Shown here piece after piece: positions 20,809 to 31,185 of a stretch of 64,000 nt of DNA. Source of the stretch: an uncultured Bacteriovoracaceae bacterium (GTDB taxonomy: Bacteria; Bdellovibrionota; Bacteriovoracia; Bacteriovoracales; Bacteriovoracaceae); NCBI GenBank assembly GCA_937931205.1, contig CALHBF010000019.1:79550-143549 (forward strand), in the 5' to 3' direction. A model generated the notes under the pieces. The model worked only from the letters and a program-made list of their open reading frames with translations. It did no database searches and was not told the DNA's origin. A program made the translations under genes and the position numbers. Numbering within the stretch: position 1 is the first letter of the stretch; every line of letters begins with the position of its first letter.

Positions 20809-22833
20809 ATGGGGCAATTTATGAAGAAAAGTTACCTAATGTTATTCGTCTTAATGTCACAGCAACTCGCGGCGAGTAGCACATTAGGGAGTTTGACAGA
20901 TTTTCAAGGTAGCTATGAAGAGAAAGTTGAAGGTAAAACGGATGCTTCCTCGCAGGTGAGAAATAAATCTGAAACTTCTTCAGAAGAAAATGGTCGATGT
21001 GAAGAGAATGATCAAACTTCCATGCCTCTTGCTTTCGCAACTTCTCTCATCATCGGAAAGAATGCAAAATTTGATGTTGATTATAGTCCACGAAACGCGA
21101 AGTTAAGTGTTGGTGCCAATTCGATGATTTCCAACTGTTCTTCAATGATGGATTGGAAACTAAAAGAGCAAGAAATCAAAGGTCAAAAAACATACGTCGT
21201 TGAGGCGAAATTTCGTGAAGGTGATAAGTGTGTTGATGGCATCTGTACTTATAAAGTGGCCAAAGTCTCAGGCGGAGAATTTCAGCAGTACGAAGAAATG
21301 CAGTTCGCTCCTACCCTTAAAGGTTTTGAATCATGTCTAAAAGCTTCGGGTGTTATTAAAGATGGGAAAGTTGATCAGAAGGCCATCTACTCAGCACCAC
21401 TAAAACAAACTTTTAACAATGTGAAAGATACAGGGAAACTACTTTTTGTTTCTCACGGACCTCAGTCCGCGATGATTAAAGGAAAGTACGGTGACTTTGA
21501 ATTAATCAATCGTTGTGATCATTACGAAGCTATTCACCCAGAAATTAAGCAGCTTCTTTCTTATGAAGATGAGTCTCGTATAAAACTTGATGAAGAGGCA
21601 AATAAACTTAAAGATTGCGGTGTTGACGAGTACCATAAATTGATTGGTTTCATTGAGCGTTATGAGGAGTATGCCTCAATTCTTGGTGCTGTAAGAGATA
21701 ATCTTATTATTGAAGCTGCTAAGAAAACCGCTAAGAAAATTGAAGAAGGAAAGTACACAGATGAAGATCTGAAAGTGCTGGCCGATTTTGAGCAATATAT
21801 TGTTACTCCTAAGGTCAATCACGCCATTCGCCTTTATCAGCAGATGGAGAATCTTGAAGGTGATGCAAAACGAGCTAAGCAAGCAGAGTTGAAAGAATCT
21901 CTTAATGAGCTAGCTGTTCTTAATAATAAGCCTTATTTCTCATCAACTCATACTCAAAAGCTATTGAATGATGGCCGCTTTGAAGATGCTGAGAAAGTAA
22001 ACGGCATCAAGATCACTCTTGATACCTATAGAAAACTTGGAACAAAACAGAATAATGTACTGATCACTCCTGAAGTTGCCATGATTAGCATGGTGAATGC
22101 TAAAGATGAGTTTGCGAAGTCATCAATTGTTGCTCAGGAAAGATACCAAATCAGAACAGGCCAACTAACTGGTCAGGCCGATCACTACAATAATCTGGTG
22201 AGAAAACTTCAGAATTCAATTCAAGTCAGAACTCAGAACTATCAGGCCGAGCTGCAAGCTGAATATCAGCGAATCGTACCTGGGGGTTACTGTTACGCTT
22301 ACTATCGTAATACTCAGAAATGTATTCAAGATTCAATGGAGCGAATGCAAGAGCTCCAAAATCTATTAGCTCATTATAACAAAATCGATAATGAGAGAAT
22401 TGCTGAGTATAAGCAGTCAGCTGAAGAATATGGAAAACTAGAAGCTGAAGGAAGACGTTACGTCGCTCAACAAAATGGCGAGACTGTAGAAGAAGCGCCT
22501 CAAGCTGGAAGAAATATTGCCACCGATACAACTGCACCTCCTCAAAGAAATGCTCAAGGAACTGCAACAGTTCAAGCTGATCTTTCAGGAAACACTAATA
22601 TGGTTCAGATGGCCAATCAGTTGGCACAAATGTATCAGCAACAGCAACAACAGCAGATGGGCGGTCAAAATCAAATGGGCGGCCAGTGGTGGAACCAGCA
22701 GGGAATGGGTCAGCAGAATCAGATGATGATGGGCGGATCTATGAATGTGAATATGGGGATGGGTGCCCAGTATGGTTCAAACTATATGTCGAATCCACAC
22801 CAGGCCTATAACTATCAATATCGCGGATTTTAG
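20809..22833 (+). CDS. Secreted Cys-containing helical protein with Q/M/G/N-rich low-complexity tail
   Basis: Signal peptide MKKSYLMLFVLMSQQLAA (start may be 20821); paired Cys; coiled coils; tail QQQQQQMGGQNQMGGQWWNQQGMGQQNQMMMGG. Confidence 0.7.
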   Translation: MGQFMKKSYLMLFVLMSQQLAASSTLGSLTDFQGSYEEKVEGKTDASSQVRNKSETSSEENGRCEENDQTSMPLAFATSLIIGKNAKFDVDYSPRNAKLSVGANSMISNCSSMMDWKLKEQEIKGQKTYVVEAKFREGDKCVDGICTYKVAKVSGGEFQQYEEMQFAPTLKGFESCLKASGVIKDGKVDQKAIYSAPLKQTFNNVKDTGKLLFVSHGPQSAMIKGKYGDFELINRCDHYEAIHPEIKQLLSYEDESRIKLDEEANKLKDCGVDEYHKLIGFIERYEEYASILGAVRDNLIIEAAKKTAKKIEEGKYTDEDLKVLADFEQYIVTPKVNHAIRLYQQMENLEGDAKRAKQAELKESLNELAVLNNKPYFSSTHTQKLLNDGRFEDAEKVNGIKITLDTYRKLGTKQNNVLITPEVAMISMVNAKDEFAKSSIVAQERYQIRTGQLTGQADHYNNLVRKLQNSIQVRTQNYQAELQAEYQRIVPGGYCYAYYRNTQKCIQDSMERMQELQNLLAHYNKIDNERIAEYKQSAEEYGKLEAEGRRYVAQQNGETVEEAPQAGRNIATDTTAPPQRNAQGTATVQADLSGNTNMVQMANQLAQMYQQQQQQQMGGQNQMGGQWWNQQGMGQQNQMMMGGSMNVNMGMGAQYGSNYMSNPHQAYNYQYRGF

Positions 22834-24284
22834 AAACCAACTGTCACTCGGAAACCTCCACCATGGACGTTTGCGAGTGACTGCTCTTTAGCAGCATTTG
22901 TGAAAGCATAATAATCTCCCACAAACCAGTAACCGTAGTAACCACTTACCATCACGTTTGGATTCCACATGTAATCGAATCCAAGATCAACCTCAAAACC
23001 TAGGTCTTTTGATTGTTTGTTATTTGCCATGAAAGCGTAATTTCTTTCGTGGTGATAAGATGTTTTACCAGCTTTTGCTGTTTCCATGGCATTGGCAAAA
23101 ATGAAAGCAGCTTTCCAGTTCCATTTATCAGTTTTGTATGTCCCGTGAAGACGAGCAAACTGAGCATTTGAGATAGGTGAGTTGAAGATATTTCTGCCAC
23201 CTTCTGTGAAACCAGGGTAGTAGTAGCGGAACATAAGTTCAGCAATCTGGAAGTTCGGGTGAAGATAAGCTGCTTCAAATTTATTATTACCAGATTTATC
23301 ACCTGATACTTGTCCAGCTTTGAAACCAACATCCCATTTAGGATTAATTTCGTACTTTGAATCTAGAATGTAAGCTGAAGCAGAAACTTTTGATTTACCA
23401 GAACCAAGAATATTTCCGTAGTCACCTGTGATCATCGGAGCTTCAAAAGCTACAGTAAGTTTATTCCATTTTTTCTCGATGTAAGGATCGATGATTGTAA
23501 CAGAAGTTTTTCCTCTGTTTGTTGTAACGTTACCTGTTGAGTCTGCACCATTATAGAAAGCGGAATCAGGTTCACTGGTTCTTTTGGCATAAAGCACACT
23601 TACAGTTAGATCACGGTTTTTATTCTGGTACTGAGCAACAGTACCGATTTCGCTAACGTTACCTTGGCCAGAAGCATCGACTCTTCTATTCGCCCCATCA
23701 TTTCGAATGCTTGAAATTTTCGCCCAGTAAGGAGTTACCGAGAAATTACCGATCTTAATTTCAGCTTCAATCCCGTCATACATGGTGAAAAAACGATCCC
23801 ATGCATCTGTTCCACCATCGTACACAGCACCTAGACCGTATTGTTTTGCCTTACGACCGATTTTAATCAGAGCTGTATCTGCATAAAGCTCGGCATAAAG
23901 TTGGTTGAAGTTAAGTTGAGAACTCTGAGAAGGAGAAGTGTAGAAATAAGAATTATTATTCTCATTTTGTCCTTCAGCACCTGCAAATCCACCACGCATT
24001 GAACCAGTTGATAATTCACCTTTTAAGGTAACGGCATCATTGATGATGATGGTTGGGTTGAGTTTGAAAATATATGTCTGGAAGCTAGTTCCTTTTTTGC
24101 TGCCCTCAATTTCCTGCGAACCATCTGCCGGAGCTGTTACCGATTTAGTTGTTCTGCGCATATTTGATAAATAATGGCTATCGACGCCAAAAGATCCTGA
24201 CCAATCAATGGGAAGGGCCTGGGCGTGGTTAATGCCGAGCATTGAAACCGCGGCAAGAGCAAGTGGACGAATTTTAGTGGTCAT
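22830..24284 (-). CDS. Porin-like outer-membrane beta-barrel
   Basis: Signal peptide (AQA-LP); amphipathic strands; KDLGFEVDLGFDY; ends RVTVGF. Confidence 0.75.
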   Translation of the reverse strand: MTTKIRPLALAAVSMLGINHAQALPIDWSGSFGVDSHYLSNMRRTTKSVTAPADGSQEIEGSKKGTSFQTYIFKLNPTIIINDAVTLKGELSTGSMRGGFAGAEGQNENNNSYFYTSPSQSSQLNFNQLYAELYADTALIKIGRKAKQYGLGAVYDGGTDAWDRFFTMYDGIEAEIKIGNFSVTPYWAKISSIRNDGANRRVDASGQGNVSEIGTVAQYQNKNRDLTVSVLYAKRTSEPDSAFYNGADSTGNVTTNRGKTSVTIIDPYIEKKWNKLTVAFEAPMITGDYGNILGSGKSKVSASAYILDSKYEINPKWDVGFKAGQVSGDKSGNNKFEAAYLHPNFQIAELMFRYYYPGFTEGGRNIFNSPISNAQFARLHGTYKTDKWNWKAAFIFANAMETAKAGKTSYHHERNYAFMANNKQSKDLGFEVDLGFDYMWNPNVMVSGYYGYWFVGDYYAFTNAAKEQSLANVHGGGFRVTVGF

Positions 24285-24395
24285 CAGGGCCTCTAGTGTT
24301 AGTTAAAAAAAGAATAGTAAAACTATAGAAAAGTGTTCAGGAAGTGGAAAGCCCTAAGAAGTTATAAAAATAAACAGATAACTTGAACTGATGAC

Positions 24396-24424
24396 TTGCA
24401 AAATTTAGTTGAATCCCTTATATT
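24396..24424 (+). promoter_or_regulatory. Sigma70-type promoter of the tRNA-Gln-prs operon
   Basis: TTGCAA-N17-TATATT, 21 nt upstream of the tRNA. Confidence 0.6.
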
Positions 24425-24445
24425 CGATGGAATTAAAAGTTCTGT

Positions 24446-24520
24446 AGGGGTGTCGACAAGTGGTAAGTCAGCAGATTTTGATTCTGCCATTCGTAGGTTC
24501 GATCCCTGCCACCCCTACCA
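24446..24520 (+). tRNA. tRNA-Gln (UUG)
   Basis: Acceptor stem AGGGGTG/CACCCCT, D-arm GAC..GTC, anticodon arm GCAGA-TTTTGAT-TCTGC, T-arm GTAGG-TTCGATC-CCTGC, encoded CCA; classic position before prs. Confidence 0.95.
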
Positions 24521-24545
24521 CCTCTTTTTCTTTAAGGAGTCATGA

Positions 24546-25490
24546 GTGAGACGTATAGTGCTTGTCTCAGGTACCTCAAACCCGACCCTCTCCAAGAAGA
24601 TCTCTGAATTTCTCGATGTTCCTCTCGTTAATCCTCAAATCAGGCGTTTTGCTAATGGTGAAATCTATTGTGAGATAGAGAAGAATGTTCGTGGAGCGGA
24701 TGTTTTTGTTTTGCAGAGTACTTGTGCGCCTGTGAATGAGAATATTATGGAGCTTTTAATAATGATCGATGCACTTAAACGTGCTTCGGCCAATACGATC
24801 ACGGCAGTACTTCCGCATTACGGATATTCACGCCAAGACCGTAAGAGTGCCCCTAGAACTCCTATTACTGGGAAACTAGTGGCCGATATGCTGACAGTGG
24901 CAGGTGCTACACGCGTGATGACGATGGATCTTCATGCCGGTCAGATTCAAGGTTTCTTTAATATCCCTTTCGACAATATTTTCGCGACACCTGTTCTCTT
25001 GGATTATATGAGTAAGAGCCTTGATCCAAGTAACTTAATGGCCGTGTCCCCAGATGCGGGCGGGGTAGAGCGTGCTCGTTTCTATGCTAAGAAATTGAAC
25101 ATCGAAATGGCGCTAATTGATAAGAGAAGAACTGGTCCGAACGTTGCTCAAGCAATGAACGTGATCGGTGATGTAAAAGATAAAGATTGTATCATCCTTG
25201 ATGACATGATCGATACGGCAGGAACTCTGGTTCAAGCCGCGAAAGCACTTCGCAAGAATGGGGCAAAGAGAATTTTTGCAGCTGCGACTCACCCCGTGTT
25301 TTCAGATCCTGCGATCGCAAGAATTCGTGATTGTGAGGAACTTGAAGCAGTAATCGTTACCGATACGATCCCTTTAAGTGATGAAGCGAAGAAATTGAAC
25401 AAGATCAAGGTTGTATCAACTGCTGAAATCTTGGCCAAGTCAATTCACAGAACCTTCAACGACGATTCAGTAAGTTCGTTGTTCACTTAG
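24546..25490 (+). CDS. prs: Ribose-phosphate pyrophosphokinase
   Basis: FANGEI, YGYSRQDRK, DLHAGQIQGFF, VSPDAGGVERAR, DDMIDTAGT. Confidence 0.98.
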   Translation: MRRIVLVSGTSNPTLSKKISEFLDVPLVNPQIRRFANGEIYCEIEKNVRGADVFVLQSTCAPVNENIMELLIMIDALKRASANTITAVLPHYGYSRQDRKSAPRTPITGKLVADMLTVAGATRVMTMDLHAGQIQGFFNIPFDNIFATPVLLDYMSKSLDPSNLMAVSPDAGGVERARFYAKKLNIEMALIDKRRTGPNVAQAMNVIGDVKDKDCIILDDMIDTAGTLVQAAKALRKNGAKRIFAAATHPVFSDPAIARIRDCEELEAVIVTDTIPLSDEAKKLNKIKVVSTAEILAKSIHRTFNDDSVSSLFT

Positions 25491-25491
25491 T

Positions 25492-26061
25492 ATGTTTGAT
25501 CTAGTCGTTGGTGTAGGAAATCCTGGTTCTGAATATGCTCAAACGAGACACAATGTAGCGTGGCTCTTTTTGGATTACCTCAAAGAGATCAATCACAGCA
25601 ATTGGAAATCAAAGTTTAAGGGCCTTTATTCAGAAGGGACTTTCCAAGGTCAGAAGTTTTATGCTTTAAAGCCACAAACCTATATGAATCTATCTGGAGA
25701 ATCAGTTCAGCCGATGGCCGCTTTTTTTAAAGTACCGCCTGCAAGAATTTTGGTGATTCATGATGAGGTTGATCTGCCGTTTGGTCAGGTTCACTTTAAG
25801 ATGGGTGGCGGGTTTGCTGGCCATAATGGATTAAAATCTATTGGCGCGACTCTTGGAACAGATCAGTATGCTAGACTTCGCATTGGTATTGGTCGTCCGG
25901 TTCATGGGGCCATGAGTAACTGGGTATTAGGTAACTTCACTCAGGACGAGAAGGCCCAATTAGAGATTATTTTTGAGAAACTAAGGACTCCTTTCTATGA
26001 ATGCCTAAAATCTGGCGTTGCAAAAGTGGGTCCGTATAATAAAAAGAATTTTTTAGCTTAG
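25492..26061 (+). CDS. pth: Peptidyl-tRNA hydrolase
   Basis: GNPG..Y..TRHNV, KPQTYMNLSG, HDEVD, GHNGLKSI. Confidence 0.97.
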   Translation: MFDLVVGVGNPGSEYAQTRHNVAWLFLDYLKEINHSNWKSKFKGLYSEGTFQGQKFYALKPQTYMNLSGESVQPMAAFFKVPPARILVIHDEVDLPFGQVHFKMGGGFAGHNGLKSIGATLGTDQYARLRIGIGRPVHGAMSNWVLGNFTQDEKAQLEIIFEKLRTPFYECLKSGVAKVGPYNKKNFLA

Positions 26062-26071
26062 GAGAATATGT

Positions 26072-27181
26072 ATGGGTATGAATTGTGGAATCGTGGGTCT
26101 ACCAAACGTAGGGAAATCTACTATTTTTTCAGCGTTAACGAGTGCACCTGCAGAAGCTGCAAACTATCCGTTTTGTACAATTGAACCTAACGTAGGGATC
26201 GTTCATATTCCTGATGAGCGTATGGAAAAAATCGCAAAGCTTATCGGACCTGAAAGAGTTATTCCTGCTGTAACTGAATTCGTAGATATCGCGGGCCTAG
26301 TAAAAGGTGCTTCAAAAGGTGAAGGTCTTGGTAACCAATTCCTTGGTCACATTCGTCAGGTGGGAGCTATCTGTCACGTTGTTCGTTGTTTTGAAGACGG
26401 AGATATCGTTCACGTTGCAGGGAAAATTGATCCGGTAAGTGATATGGAAGTGATTAACCTTGAGCTTGCTTTTGCTGATCTTGAATCTGTTCAAAAGCGT
26501 CTGCAAACTCTTGATAAATACATTAAGTCTCAGGATAAAAAAGTTTCTGATAAAGCAAAAATTGCTAAGCCAATCCTTGAGCGTCTGGTTAAAGCTCTAG
26601 AGGATGGTCTTCCTGCTCGCTCACTTGATCTTGATGAAGATGAGAAAGATTCAATCTCTGATCTTCACCTTATTACCATGAAGAAAATGCTTTATGTTTG
26701 TAACGTAGATGAAGCTTCTATCCTTGAAGACAATGAGCACGTTAAAAAGGTGAGAGAGATTGCTGCGAAAGAAGGCGCAGGAGTTATTACGATCTGCGGA
26801 AAAATCGAATCAGAAATTGCTGCTCTTGAAACAGCTGAAGAAAAAGCAGAATTCCTAAAAGATATCGGTATTGAAGAATCAGGTTTATCAAAAATGATTA
26901 AAGCTGGTTATAACATGCTTGGAATGAAAACATACTTTACTGCTGGTGTTAAAGAAGTTCGTGCTTGGACTTTCCCTGATGGTGCTAAAGCGCCTCAAGC
27001 TGCAGGTGTGATCCACTCTGATTTTGAGCGTGGATTCATTAAGGCAGAAGTATTTCACTGTGATGATCTTTTCCAATACGGCTCAGAAGCTAAAGTGAAA
27101 GAAGCTGGAAAATTCCGTATGGAAGGTAAAGAGTACGTTGTGAAGGACGGAGATGTTATTCACTTCCGCTTCAACGTGTAA
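26072..27181 (+). CDS. ychF: Redox-regulated ATPase YchF
   Basis: GIVGLPNVGKST, NYPFCTIEPN, DIAGLVKGASKGEGLGN, TGS domain. Confidence 0.98.
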   Translation: MGMNCGIVGLPNVGKSTIFSALTSAPAEAANYPFCTIEPNVGIVHIPDERMEKIAKLIGPERVIPAVTEFVDIAGLVKGASKGEGLGNQFLGHIRQVGAICHVVRCFEDGDIVHVAGKIDPVSDMEVINLELAFADLESVQKRLQTLDKYIKSQDKKVSDKAKIAKPILERLVKALEDGLPARSLDLDEDEKDSISDLHLITMKKMLYVCNVDEASILEDNEHVKKVREIAAKEGAGVITICGKIESEIAALETAEEKAEFLKDIGIEESGLSKMIKAGYNMLGMKTYFTAGVKEVRAWTFPDGAKAPQAAGVIHSDFERGFIKAEVFHCDDLFQYGSEAKVKEAGKFRMEGKEYVVKDGDVIHFRFNV

Positions 27182-27200
27182 TTTAAAATGCTGTTAAAAT

Positions 27201-27230
27201 AAAAAAGGGACTCTTTCGAGTCCCTTTTTT
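27201..27230. terminator. Bidirectional rho-independent terminator
   Basis: AAAAAAGGGACTC-TTTC-GAGTCCCTTTTTT between convergent genes. Confidence 0.9.
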
Positions 27231-27231
27231 A

Positions 27232-29295
27232 TTAGTGCTTGTAACCAAGAGTTACATTAAAGATTTTATTGTTTTCTGGATTATCAACCAATTCATCGCT
27301 TGTTAGAAGCTTGTAGAAGAAAAGGTTTCTAAAAATAAGTTTTACGTAGGTTCTTGTTTCTTTGAATGGAATCGTTTCAATATTTCTGACGATCGTTTCA
27401 TCTTCATCAAAATACTGCTTTTTCCAACGCTCAACTCTTGTTTCACCGGCATTGTAGGCCGAAAGAACATGAACAAGATTATTGTCATATCTCTTCATCA
27501 GGCCTTCGAAGTATTTTGTTCCTAGCTCGATGTTTACTTTCGGGTTTGAAAGCTGAGCAACGCTGACACTTTTTCTCATGCGTTTTGCTGTCATCGGCAT
27601 TAACTGCATAAGTCCGCGAGCTCCCACTGGAGATCTTGCTTCTGGGTTGAACACTGATTCCTGACGAATGAGTGAGAGAACAAGCAATGAATCATGATTC
27701 TTGAGATTCTTTTTAAGAAGATCAAGATAGAGGCGAGGGTAAAGCAGCTCAAGAACATTACGAGAAAATCTGATCTCTTGGTTATCAAGAAGATTATAGA
27801 TGTATCTGAAGGTCATCAAATAGTTCTGAGAAGTCTGAATGATGTTGGCCTGAATAAGGTGAACAATCTCTTTATAGTCAGTATGCGACTCCATCGGCTT
27901 TTTACCCAGTAGCAGTGGGAGAGAGTACTGATTAAGTCTGCGAAGTTCCAGATCGATCATTGAAGCGTTATCAATTTTTGACCAAGCAAGAAGTCTTACA
28001 AAAGAAGCTTGGTGGTCTTGATCAAAATCATTCATGGTGGCAATTTGATTCACTCCACGTCTGGCTTCAATGTGATAGAAGCTTGCAACTGTTGAATCAG
28101 GCTTTAAATTATGTAGTCGCTTTGAGGCCATGATCGCGTAATAGCTCAAAGGACTATCAGCTACAATCTTTTCATAAATCTTTGTAGCGTCGTCTTTCTT
28201 GTCATCTTTTTCAAACACATAGGCAACCCAATATCTGAGCTGAGCATCTTTGTTTTTTTCAACTTTGGTAGCAAGGTCATCACGCTTAATGTACTTCATT
28301 GCATTCTTAAAATCGCCGGACTGGACATATGTCCAAAGGTAGAAGAAGCGGGCATCAAATTCAACTTCGCTATCTTTTTTAGAAATAACATAAGTAAGAA
28401 TTTTTCTCGATAAATCAGCATGGCCAAGTCGGTAAACAGCTTTGGCAAAGTCATTTAAACGAGTAAGGCAAAGATTTGTCGGCAAATAGCTGTAGTTGAG
28501 CTCAAGGTAGTTCTTCAAAAACTCAGTATGTTTTTTCAACTTTCCTTCATCAGGCTTATCGGCATTAAGAACTTTATATCCTTCTTCAATCAATCTGCCG
28601 TATTCAGAATAAAATACGTTTTTAAACTCTAATGGTTTGAGACCATTATTTTGAACGAGAGAAGTGATCTTATCATCGATAAGAATATCCTGAAGGATTT
28701 CGTGTGAGGGTGTTACTTGGCTTTTTAAAGAATGCTCAGTAATTTCGGCCGAAAGCTTCTGCAGAATATCGGGACGTTGATTCTGGCTTTGTAAAAAATA
28801 ACTGAAACTCTTCTGGTGAGGTTTTTGAAGATAGAACTTCAAATTGTTTTTGATAAAGAGATCAGCATACTCAGCAAGTTTATTAGTTTTATCAATTTCA
28901 CGTCCAATAAGATCAATGGCCTTTTCACGACAGAAAAAACTGAGTTTTTGATCCAGTAGTTTTTCAAGTGGAATCTCCGAAATCTTCATTGAGAGTTCGC
29001 TGCAGTGTTGAGCAAGTTCAGCTGGGTTCTTTTTCAGTGAAACAACTTCTAGACCATCAACCCATTTAATAAAAGGAGCATAGTTTTTAGATTTGGTAAT
29101 TTCAGTTTTGACCTGTTTGGTTAATGTCGGGTTATAGTTACCCTCATCACTCATTTTAAGAAGTGCCGTGATTTTTTCAGCGATAATGAGGTCAGCACGA
29201 GATAATTTAATTTCTTTGACCAGATTTTCCTGGGCATAGAGAGTGTGCGAAAACAGAGCAAAAGATAGAATAAAAAATTTCATAATGATCTTCAA
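27232..29295 (-). CDS. Slt-family soluble lytic transglycosylase
   Basis: Signal peptide; helical/TPR region; catalytic IRQES.FNP.ARS.VGARGLMQLM, AYNAG, ETRTYV. Confidence 0.9.
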   Translation of the reverse strand: MKIIMKFFILSFALFSHTLYAQENLVKEIKLSRADLIIAEKITALLKMSDEGNYNPTLTKQVKTEITKSKNYAPFIKWVDGLEVVSLKKNPAELAQHCSELSMKISEIPLEKLLDQKLSFFCREKAIDLIGREIDKTNKLAEYADLFIKNNLKFYLQKPHQKSFSYFLQSQNQRPDILQKLSAEITEHSLKSQVTPSHEILQDILIDDKITSLVQNNGLKPLEFKNVFYSEYGRLIEEGYKVLNADKPDEGKLKKHTEFLKNYLELNYSYLPTNLCLTRLNDFAKAVYRLGHADLSRKILTYVISKKDSEVEFDARFFYLWTYVQSGDFKNAMKYIKRDDLATKVEKNKDAQLRYWVAYVFEKDDKKDDATKIYEKIVADSPLSYYAIMASKRLHNLKPDSTVASFYHIEARRGVNQIATMNDFDQDHQASFVRLLAWSKIDNASMIDLELRRLNQYSLPLLLGKKPMESHTDYKEIVHLIQANIIQTSQNYLMTFRYIYNLLDNQEIRFSRNVLELLYPRLYLDLLKKNLKNHDSLLVLSLIRQESVFNPEARSPVGARGLMQLMPMTAKRMRKSVSVAQLSNPKVNIELGTKYFEGLMKRYDNNLVHVLSAYNAGETRVERWKKQYFDEDETIVRNIETIPFKETRTYVKLIFRNLFFYKLLTSDELVDNPENNKIFNVTLGYKH

Positions 29296-29351
29296 GGTTT
29301 GAGCTATTGTAACACTTTTTGAAGAATCTTCTAGCGAAGAAGGGGTAATGT

Positions 29352-29900
29352 TTATCGATATCTACTTTGGATCTCTGACAAACGTGTACTGATTTCTCTG
29401 AGCACCGGCTTTTTATCCTCCGGTATTACTCCACTTAAGTTATCGAGATAGATTTTGACTTCATCAATAAATTTAAAATCGGATTCTTGATTCATGGCAA
29501 CACTATCTAAAAACTCAGATATTTCTTCTGCCACATCATGAAAATAGTCACCATTGCGAAAAGTAAGGGGCGAAATTTCTGCTCCTTCACGGATTTGCTG
29601 AAGGTGCCCTTTAAGTTTAAAAAGAGGGCCGGCAATCTTGTGAGTGAAGAAAATGAAGAGAATAAGAATAACAAGGCTGAAAATAAGCTGAATGGCCACG
29701 AGGTATAAAACAAATTGTTCTTGGGATTGGGCCAATGTATCACTTAACTCAGGGTGATTCATTCGTAATTCTTGGAAAAAATCTAAAAAAATTAAAGGAT
29801 AGATCAAACTAGAAAGAAAAATGAGCGAGCCAATGAGCAAGCTGAATTTGATTTGGAAAGATGGATTTACAAGAAAGATGGATCGTTTATAAAATGCCAA
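29352..29900 (-). CDS. Two-TM membrane protein with HAMP-like linker
   Basis: Two TM helices followed by THKIAGPLFKL...FRNGDYF. Confidence 0.6.
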   Translation of the reverse strand: MAFYKRSIFLVNPSFQIKFSLLIGSLIFLSSLIYPLIFLDFFQELRMNHPELSDTLAQSQEQFVLYLVAIQLIFSLVILILFIFFTHKIAGPLFKLKGHLQQIREGAEISPLTFRNGDYFHDVAEEISEFLDSVAMNQESDFKFIDEVKIYLDNLSGVIPEDKKPVLREISTRLSEIQSRYR

Positions 29901-30005
29901 CGCTTATTCCCTGTTCAAAGATATTTATCCCATCATAAGATGAGATTGATAATTTCAACAGGAATTTTTGATTTCAGACTAGTTAGATCAACAATAGGTG
30001 AAGAG

Positions 30006-31181
30006 ATGGAAAAAATGAAAGAATTATTGGATCAGATCAAAAATCCACAGACGAATAATACCCTGACAGCAGAGAAAAGATGGCAACAGATTGATCTGAA
30101 AGATGGTATTTTGACCGTACAGTATCAGAGAGATGGAATTTCTCCTCAAGATAAGCGAATTATTGAAACTAATATTGAAGAGTCTTTGAAGGGTTTAGAG
30201 GAAGTAAAAGAGATCATCGTTAAAACGACGTCTTCACAATCTCAGGATGTTTTTAAGGCCCTCGATAACCAGCCCAAAGAAGCCGCTAAACCAGCTGCTC
30301 AGCCCGCAGCTCTTAAAACAGGTCACGCTCCAGCTGCTAACAAACGTCCTGTTCCGGGTGTTAAAAAAGTAATCGCAGTTGGTTCTGGTAAAGGTGGCGT
30401 AGGTAAATCTACTGTTACTGCTAACCTGGCCCTGTCGTTGGCCAACCTTGGAAATAAAGTGGGAATTATTGATGCCGATATTTATGGGCCTTCAATGCCA
30501 ATGATCTTCGGAATGAGAGAGGGAAAACCTCATGCAACTGAAGCCAAGAAGATTGTTCCAATGGAATCTTATGGCATTAAGTTTATAAGCTTCGGCCTAT
30601 TCATCAATGAGAATGATCCTGTTATTTGGCGTGGTCCAATGCTCGGTGGTGTACTTAATCAATTTCTCTTTGATGTTGATTGGGGTGAGTTAGATTATCT
30701 TCTTATCGACCTTCCGCCAGGTACTGGTGATATTCAACTTTCAATGGTTCAAAACACTCACGTGGATGGAACTGTTGTCATTTCAACGCCACAAGATATT
30801 GCACTTCTTGATGCAACAAAGGGTCTTGAGATGTTTAAAAAACTCAACATTCCTGTAATTGGGATGGTTGAGAATATGAGCTCATTTATCTGCACTGATT
30901 GTGGAAAAGAGCACCATATCTTCGGTAATGCCGGCGTTGAGAAAGCATCAGCTAAGTTAGGTGTTAATCTTCTTGGTAAAGTGCCTCTCGAGATGGAGCT
31001 TCGTACTGGTTCAGATAACGGTGTTCCTTATATGTCGCAGAATCAGTATGAAGGCAGAGCCGTATGGAATGCTTTCGTAGAAATTGCAGGTAAAGTAGAC
31101 TCATTTTTCTACCCAGTGAATCCAACAGCGAATGACAATAAACCAGGATTCTTTTCTAAAATTTTAGGTCTAGGAAAATAG
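30006..31181 (+). CDS. mrp: Mrp/ApbC/NBP35 Fe-S cluster carrier ATPase
   Basis: GKGGVGKST, DADIYGPS, WRGPM, DLPPGTGD, ENMS.FIC..C; start adjusted to 30006. Confidence 0.93.
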   Translation: MEKMKELLDQIKNPQTNNTLTAEKRWQQIDLKDGILTVQYQRDGISPQDKRIIETNIEESLKGLEEVKEIIVKTTSSQSQDVFKALDNQPKEAAKPAAQPAALKTGHAPAANKRPVPGVKKVIAVGSGKGGVGKSTVTANLALSLANLGNKVGIIDADIYGPSMPMIFGMREGKPHATEAKKIVPMESYGIKFISFGLFINENDPVIWRGPMLGGVLNQFLFDVDWGELDYLLIDLPPGTGDIQLSMVQNTHVDGTVVISTPQDIALLDATKGLEMFKKLNIPVIGMVENMSSFICTDCGKEHHIFGNAGVEKASAKLGVNLLGKVPLEMELRTGSDNGVPYMSQNQYEGRAVWNAFVEIAGKVDSFFYPVNPTANDNKPGFFSKILGLGK

Positions 31182-31185
31182 ATTC

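Noticed and set aside
24446-24545. tRNA as an integration site for an island
   Set aside because: It is followed directly by prs; no integrase or duplicated tRNA 3' end was seen.
29853-30005. Long N-terminal extension of Mrp overlapping the divergent gene (similar cases at 44168-44377 and 60283-60360)
   Set aside because: Artefact of longest-ORF calling; downstream ATGs with better RBS or family-consistent starts exist.
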